A stretch of DNA of 64,000 nucleotides from Podarcis bocagei (taxonomy: Eukaryota): assembly GCA_964188305.1 (NCBI GenBank), contig OZ076888.1, one strand, 5' to 3'. The first letter of the stretch is position 1. The number at the start of each line of letters is the position of its first letter. Both the position numbers and the translations under genes were made by a program. Below, in pieces: positions 23,601 through 32,600 of this stretch. Below the pieces are notes generated by a model. It was not told the origin of the DNA. It did no database searches and was given only the letters and a program-made list of their open reading frames with translations.

Positions 23601-26600
23601 GCACACACACCCCATGCATATACACATAATATACTGGACATGAATGAGGGGAATGTACCAGCATGAGTCCAAGAGCTATTTTCAACTACGGTGTCTAAAC
23701 TATTGTAAGGGTTTGCTTAAAATAGAAGAAATCTTAAAAGTAATGGTTTAAAATCATGGGCAGAGTCTGTCAATGAATATGACAAGGACACTTCTCTCCA
23801 TTCAGTGTTCAAGTCTGATTCAGGTGACATGCCTAGTGTTCCATCTGTCACTTTTCTGTGGGGTAGGAAAAGTGGAGAAGAAGTTGGTTAGCCTGAGTTC
23901 TGCTTTGGCTCCATATCAAGGTTGATGCATTTGTGCCAAGAGGGCTAATAAATGAGTCTTTGTGTTGTTTAGTGTGCATGGAATTTGCATAGGCTGTGCT
24001 GGAGCAGGCAGATCTCTTTCTGAGAACAAGGAGCAAGTTCTTCTCGCTGTGTCTCTGCTTCCCAATGCCTCATCAGAAGCTTTCTGCACTTGTGTAAGCA
24101 ATCTGACTTTCTGTGTTTATTAAGTAATAGGGGCTATCAGATTTCCTAGAAGTTTAGATTTGAAACCCTACAAATAGGTATTGCATGAATGACAGTCAAA
24201 TTTAGTTCAGTGGATTTTCTTTAATATCTAGATCATGACTGAGACACTGGGGAGGGAAGGGTGAATAACTGGCATAGCTATTCTTTGGAACGATCGGTTT
24301 TCTTGGGTGAAGACACTAACTACTGCATTAAGCAAGTAGAGAGAAGTTGGATCTAATTAGATTACAATGTATTTTGGACAAAACGTACTTAGTGGTGGAG
24401 CTGGCCTGGGCTGACATGTATAAGACAGCAGAATGTGCTGCAAGTGGAAGGTCAATCGACAATCATTCCCAGCTGCTTGAGCTGAACTGCTCCATCTTGT
24501 CCTCGGCTTGTTAAGCACGTCAAACTGCAGGGAAGTCTACCGAGCAGCACTGGAATCAGACTGCACTTGGCAGCCAACTCACCAAGTGGTTGGAGAAAGC
24601 AGTACTCCTCCATGCTTTGCTGCTTTTGGAGTGATTTTGCCAACTTAATTGCTCCAATTATTCAGAACCTACTGTCCAGTTACAACTCACCCCTAGGCTG
24701 GCACTGCAGCAGGGTATTACCTACAGGGGGTGGCTTTCAGGTAATCTTCATAAAAATATCCCACTGCATCACGGCATTCAAGTGCATAAGAGATAATTTG
24801 GTTAAATTCATGTGACAGCCTTTCTTCCTGTGTGTCTTTAAATGTTTGACTTGCAACAAATTTTTCATAATACTTCACCTCTAAGAAAACAGATAATTAT
24901 ATTTGTGAGTCCAATTGAACCCCCTCATGAAACAGGAATTTGCTCTCTTTGCATAGAGATAAACCTGGCACAGAATGTCACGTCTCAGAAGATGATGCAA
25001 TTTCTACCTCAAATCTGTTCTAGATTATTTTCATACAGGTTTAGTAATTCGCAATGTAAGTTAAATTGTTGGTCTTTTTGTTAGGTATTTTGATCAGGGT
25101 CTTAATACCAAACTTTGGCCAGTTATAAGGTCTTGCCATATGTAGGGTCAGATGTGTAATATGAGAGGTGAGTGCATCCCTCAAACAGAGACCATGCTGA
25201 AGGAATATGCAGGTTGTACTTGGTTGAATGCTAAATGATGTGCTATCTGGTCAGCCCCACCTGACTTGATTTATACATGTTGTGCTGGTATCTACAGCAA
25301 GGATAAGAAGCCTCAGGCCCCGGGGACCAAATGTGGCCCTCCAAGCCTCTCTATTCAGCTCTCAGGACGGCCAAAGCCCGTCACCAGCCCTGCATCCTCA
25401 AGTGCTTTTATCTAGGTTGAATCTATTCTTAATTATTGTAACATCACTTTATTGCCTTGCTGCAGAGCTTTGTGTGTGTGTTTTAGAAACCTTTATGTGG
25501 TGGTTGTACCTTACTGTATAAAAAGTCACATACCTGCCTCTGGCTCTACCCTCCACTGGTATGTGGCTCCCAGGAAGACGGTCCATGAGGGAATGCTGTC
25601 CTCGGGCTGAAATAGTTTCCCTACCCCAGATCTGCAGGTGGCTCCTGCGTAGCTGAGTATTTTAGTTTGTGTTCAGGTATGTCTCCCAAAGTAATGTATC
25701 TTTGTTTCTCTCCCTAGTGATGCCATTTGCAGTTTAGTTATCTGCAATGACTCCTCCCTTCAACGGCATCAGATCATCTTCAATCCAGACTTCTTTGTGG
25801 AGAAGCTGCGACATGAGAAACCTGAGGCATTCACAGAGCTTGTGGTTAGTAACATCACCCGGCTGATTGACCTGCCTGGAGCAGAGCTAGCCCAGCTGAT
25901 GGGACAGGAGGACCCCCAGTTGCCTGGCACATCCTCAGGGTTTTTCCGTTCCCTGATGTCTCTGAAACGCAAAGGTGAGCCTGATGTGTTGGCTAAGATT
26001 TTTCCCTTAATTTTTTTATGTTAAGTCCTGGTATCCTGGGTACAGCCTCTACTAAGTGTCCCACATATGTGGCAACAACTCCAAGGAAGTATGTGAAAAC
26101 TTTTCTGGTCCAAGTACAGTGCAGACCAGCCCCTTATTAAAAGAAAATAAGAAGGGCAGTACAGGCAATTCTCATTTTACATGGGGGTTCAGTTCTGGAC
26201 CCCTGCACGTGTTGGCGTAGCGTGCGTAAGCCCATTCTACTCCCACTCTGTTCCACCCCCGTTCTTCCCTTTTTCAGGAAATCTTTATGATGCTTCAGGG
26301 CTACTTCTGGGTTTGGCACTGTGTGCGTGATCATGCATCATTCGGACACTGCTAAATCAGTCATTGCCTGTAAGACAATGACAATGTTTATTTAAATACT
26401 TGATTTACACAAGGGGTGGGAAACCTGTGGCCCTAAGATGCTGCTGGACTCAAAGTCGCATCAGTCCCAGCCAGCATGGCCAGTGATGATCAGGGATGAT
26501 GGGAATTATAGTCATCAATATTTGGAAGGCCACAGGTTCGCCACCCATGGTTTTCTTTATCATCCCTTTCAATTCCATTCTTATGGAGGACAAAGCTCTT

Positions 26601-29600
26601 GTTTTGGCAGCCATAATGGTGCCACCCATGCTAGAAGGTAGTATATGCATCTTTATTTTTTTTAAAGCAGGTTAAAAAAAAAAGTCCCGAAACAGAAAGG
26701 GAAAAACTGCATGGGTGTGTGCTCCTATGGAGGGTGGGAAGAGGAGGTGGAAAGCAGCAGAGAGTGAGGAGGGTGTGCTGTGCAAAGATGCCTGCCCACA
26801 ACATGAGATCCACTTTTACAGCTGCAATAGTAACGGACTGTGCCTCTTGTTTCATCTGGAATAGGAGAGCTGGGGAGAGACCTTAGCTTGGTGACAGAGC
26901 ATGCGCTTTGCATTTGGAAGGTTCCACATATAATCCCTGGCATCTACAGTTAAAACTAATGAGAAAAATGTTTGCCTGAGATCCTAGACAGCTGCTGCCA
27001 GCCAGACAAATAGTCTTCTCTGATCTAGATGAGCAAATAGTCTGAGCAGTGTAATCTATGCCTTATATCTTACCTAGAAAAGCAATCACTAGTTCAGCTG
27101 CCAGCTGGTGTACCCTTTTCCTCCCATTGTGCTGCCTACACTTTTGGGTGTGCCAGGTTTGGATGAATGTTGTGCTCCCACCCATACTTGTAAAACATTT
27201 ATGTTTAATTCTTTGGTCAGCTGGTCATTCTGTGCTACTAGCAGGCAAGAGGATTCCTATAGCTAAACTCTCCGGCTTCAGCTGGCTCTTAGTCTCGGTT
27301 CCCTTTGAAGATACCCTTATTTGTATCTCCTCTTCAAAGTCTTAACTGGACCTATGTAGCTGCTAAGAGCAATGTTCCCATGGTGTTGCTTAGAGATGCT
27401 GAACAAGGAAACAGTCACTTAAGTTGGGAGAAAGAGCTTCTATTGATCTGGTAGACAACCAGCCTTGGACTCTCAACCTGCATTTCTACTTGTTTCTTTT
27501 CTGGCAAATTTATTTTGCTGGAAGACAATCAGAGTGGCTGGGGCAACCCAGTCAGATGGGTGGCATATTATTACTATTGGTAATTACTTTTCATCTTCAT
27601 CATCTAGGGACATATTCCTTCCAAACTGAATTAAAATATGCAGCCCTTATTTCCACTGCAATATATCTTACAAAGGTTTCCATCTTGCCCTGGCAACAAG
27701 GTAATTAACGTCACATTTAAAGGATGAAATGTGAGATTGCTTGAACAATCCTTTACCTGCCTAAATATGACTACAAATATCAGCTCAAATATCTAAGATG
27801 TAGTTTTTCTACAGATGTTCTATGCCCTAGGAATATTGGGGTGGGAGGGAGTAGGCTTAATGAAAGAACGAAGAACTTTTGGGTTGGGGGGATGGAAACA
27901 TGCAGGGTGATGTATAATGCTGAAGAGAAGAGGGATGAATTTGGAGGAGATTACTGGAAGGTGAATGATAAAGATTTGGGTGGAAGAAGGATTTTAGATA
28001 TGAGCAATAATTTTGCATGGTGTGTAACTGGATGGCGCACATGCCATGTGGCCCTTGAAGGGGTGTTCAGCCCTCAATGCCAAATAAAGTTAGCCACCCT
28101 GTTCTGGGGTATTTCCCTGTAGTGGGGAGGGGATCCTTGGATAGCTTGTCCCTCCCACTTGCTCCACTGGGCAGAATTATTCAAATGAGATAGCTCTTAC
28201 CTTCCAGTGGGAGGGTGACTCCTCCAGTTCCTTCCTGTCTAGCTCCTTGCACAGGAAGAATGTCATGGGACTGGCAAATTGATTCCCTTTGTGGCCATGT
28301 ATCAAAATTCATTTTTACTTTAATGTCAATCACATATTGGAAGTTACCATGTTTTTCTATTCCCCTTTAAAGCTGCTAAATGTATATGGCAGTGTTCTGC
28401 TAATGCTTCCTCCCACCCCTCCTCTGCCATGTACTCCCCACACTCTCCCCAGAACTGCTCCAGAGAAGTGAGGGAACACATTGAACAGAATTTGGGGCAT
28501 GTGAGGAGAGAAGAGAAACATCAGCCTACAGGTATCTAAATGGAGTTCCATGTGCTGAGGCTGTGTACCTATGAATTCCAGATGATGGAGACAAATAGGG
28601 AAGACCATCCTTGCTATGAAATGTTCAATTAGGCCTGCTGGAAACAGAATGCTTGTCAAGATGGACTTTGGGTTTGCTCCAGGAAGTTAGTTTTTATATA
28701 TTGCCTATCCTTCTGTGGAATCTGTTCCTTTGGGTCATTTTGAAACAGATCCAAGTTTAGAAAACCCAAGTATCTGTTTTACAGCATACTTTCCTTTCCA
28801 GCAAGAGTTTTTTGTTTGCTTTTTTTAAAACCTGAGGAGATGAGGAGTTGCATTTGCAAGAGAAAGGGTCAAAGTGAACACACAGTGAACCGGGGCTTTT
28901 TAATTCTGCCTTTTCATTATAGTATGGAAATGCTTGCACATTTCTGGGTCTCACAGCAGTTGATGATGTTGGCTACTCATTATCTCCTTCTTTTCATCTC
29001 TAGAGAAAGGGGTGGTTTTTGGAGCTCCACTGACTGAAGAAGGTATTGCTCAAATATCTCAACTGATAGAATATCTGCATAAGAGTAAGTGGTTTGTGGT
29101 TTCCTTTCTATCTTTGTTTAGTCAAGGATAGTGGACTGGTCTGGGGGCACAGATTTAACTCACTGCTGAGCTGAGGATGTCCTAAGAGCTATGTGATTCT
29201 AGGCACTAACCTTTTCCTGCCGCCCGCCCCCCCATATCAAATGTTTAGTGATTTTTTTTGTACTAGACCTCTGTAGGATGTTCAGATAATGTGGCAGGAA
29301 GAAAAGGAAAGTATAAAAGGTTAAGAAGCTTTGTCAATATATTAGAAGAGGACAACATTTTATCTAACATATTCTTAATACCCCTTTTGTCTTTCTTCTC
29401 ATGGTGCAGATCTGCGGGTGGAAGGCTTGTTCCGAGTGCCAGGAAACAGTACCAGGCAGCAGAACCTGAAAGAAGCCTTAAACAGTGGGACAGAAATTGA
29501 CTTGGATTCAGGGGAGTTTCACTCCAATGATGTGGCCACTCTGCTGAAGATGTTCTTGGGAGAATTACCAGAGCCTTTGTTGACCCATAAACATTTCCAT

Positions 29601-32600
29601 GCACACCTCAAAATTTCAGGTGAGTCAGCCTTGAAGGGAAGTGGGAACCAGCCCACAGGATGTTAGCATCAATAATTTGGGGTTTGCCTTGTTCAGTGAT
29701 AAAGCTGTTGGGTTAGGATCAGAGAAAGGCCTGCTTTCTCTGCCCATGTCATAATAGGAATATATAAGCATGAAACCTTCGGGATTTCTGATTTATGCTG
29801 AGGAAAAGAAGAGTTGCAAAGGAGTGTGATGGCAAGTTGGGAATGGGCAGTTGATAAAATAGTGTATAGTTTCCTGAAATGTGTGTGCAACTGAAGTTTC
29901 TTGAGATGTTTTCCTGTTAATAGATCTGATGCAGTTTGATGACAAGGGCAACAAGACCAACATACCCGATAAGCAGCGTCAGATTGAAGCACTGCAGCTC
30001 CTCTTCTTGATCCTGCCAGCCCCCAATCGCAACCTGCTCAAATTGCTGTTGGATCTGCTTTATCAGACAGCCAAAAAGCAGGACAGAAACAAGATGTCAG
30101 CTCATAACTTGGCTCTTATGTTTTCACCTCACATTTTGTGGCCTCGAAATGTAAGTGGTGTTAGATTTTTAGGCAGCAGTACAAAAAACCAGGCTGGGAA
30201 GGAGTTATTCTGAAAATAAACCTACCTCTACCAGGGAGCCTACCTCTACCAGGGAGTGTATCTTACCTACACTCTCCTAAGGATTCTGCTTTGGTGTTTC
30301 CCACTATTGCCAGGTGACTGCCAGTGATCTACAGGAAAACATTCCCAAGCTAAATAACGGGATGGCTTTTATGATCAAGCACTCGCAGAAGCTCTTCAAG
30401 GTAGGTGTTTCAAAAGGAAGGGACAATCTCTATCTCTCTTTCAGTATCTGCTTAGCAAATGTCTCAGGCTGTCCTCTCCTGGAGGAAAATATGTTATGTG
30501 CACAGTCCTGACACTGTCAAGCCTGACAACTTTTTATCTATTACTTCCTTGGAGGTGCTGTGTACTGTGCCTGCTCCCTTTGCTGGGTAGATCACAAGTG
30601 GCACTGATATGTGAAAACAAGGCCTCCTATTCTAAATGGCAAGATATCCTGCACATGTGAGTGTCCTTGTAGTTACCGTGCCAAGCTCTGCCTTAACCAG
30701 ACAGTGCCCCTTTCCTGATCAGTTACTATCATGGCCTCTGAGGCTGCTCTTTGGGTCCTCATCTGTCCCTCTTTGCCATTTAGCTTAATAAATATCCCTA
30801 TTAATGGCTAAAATCTCTAGAAAACTAGGCAGGTTCACATTTAATTGTCAAAAAGTGAGACTCCTAAAGCATCTGGTAGCATACAACATATCTGAGATGA
30901 TAAAGGACTGAATGTTTGCCCTGGGTGACCCTCCTACCTATAAAGGAAGCACGCTTCAGAAGATTTTGCATAGATTACATTCAAAGTTGAAGTTGCTGGT
31001 CTGGTGGGGTGAGTGCCTGGAGCAACTGCTATAGGATGGAACCTCAGAGTTAGGGAGACTTCAGCTTAATTGTGTCTGACTCCTTCTGTTTCACTCTCCT
31101 TCCAAGGCTCCCTCATATATCCGGGAATGTGCAAGGCTGCATTACTTGGACTCCAGAACACATGCCTCAAAGGTAAGAGCAGTCCATGACATTGGTTATG
31201 AAAGGGAGCACCCAACATGGGCACCAGCAGGTCAGCAAACTGATGACTAAAACAGAGAGAGAATTTCCAGTAAGGGATTCTTCGGGGGAAATCTATTCCT
31301 TAGGAAGGCAGAAAAGATGTAATTAGACCTCAGTTTTGCCACTTGGACTGCTACATATCCCCTCTACTAAAATGTGTTCTAGTTAAGCTAAAATTCTAGA
31401 GAACGGAACAAATTCTCATTTAACTGCCAAAAACAGGACAACATTTAGTATCGCACATGCATATTTTGGGGAGAGAGGAAAAGATCGGGCCCTCAGCTGT
31501 TCACCCAGGTCTGACTTTGCTACTGGATACGAAGCTCGGACTACCTTTATTAGTGTGATGAAAGGCAAGATAGCTATCATTGGGAGTGGGTTGCTATTGG
31601 ACAAAGCAGCCTGAAGTGCAGAGTGTTTTTTTGAATTTTTGCAGGATGACTTGGACTTGCCTGTGCCCCGGAATTTCAAAGACTTCCAGCTTCTGAAATT
31701 CAAGAAGCGAGGACTGGTGGATCCCTCTGCCCACCAAGAAGACACACAGCAACATACAGAAGAAGCGCTGAAAGAGCTCTTCCACCATGTTCATAATATG
31801 CCAGACTCTGCCAAGAAAAAGAAGCTCATTCAACAGGTAGAAGGGAGACTTGGGTAACTGACTGGAGCAAAGAGGCATAAATGGGGCTTGGTGCTTGGAA
31901 TGGGAACCAGGATCAATCTTTGGGATAGATGGGCAATGCTGCAGAGTTAATCATGCTATAAAGTGTGTGTTCTAGTTTCAGAAGCACCCTGAAGCTCTCA
32001 CTCCTCAGGCAGGTGTACCCACACCCCGGACCCAAAAGCGGGCTCGCACTCGTTCCTTCAGTGGCTTAATCAAGGTATGGCTCTTTATACCATTAACAAT
32101 AACTTCGGCTGCAGTGGCGCTGCTCAAGTTACTTCTCGCTGGTGTACATATCGGGCATATTGTCTGCTGTCCAGATGCATAAGCTTTCTGATGGTATGGG
32201 GTGTACATATTCAGGCTTCTATAAATAAGCCCTATTCTGTTCTGTTGCCTTTTTCTTTCCGTTCCCCAGTCACAATCCCAGTGTTTTCCTTTTCTTCATA
32301 CAGCGTAAGGTGCTGGGGAGTCAAGGGTCTTTGGATAAAAAAGGGAAGGATGCAGTTTTGGAATCAGCGGGCATGAAAGAGCAGAAGCACGGCAGCAAGG
32401 AGAACGTTAGCATGGTAAGGCCAGCTGGAAGAACAATCACTGTGCACTCATAATGGGGTTGGTTCATGAAGGGGGTTGCTGCTAGCTATTGCCTGCAGTT
32501 CATATCTGTCTGCACTGATGTGGCGCCCTAAATTATCCTGAGCACAACAGGAAGTCTGGGAATAAGCCTAAAGCTCTAGATCAGTGTTTCCCAACCACTG

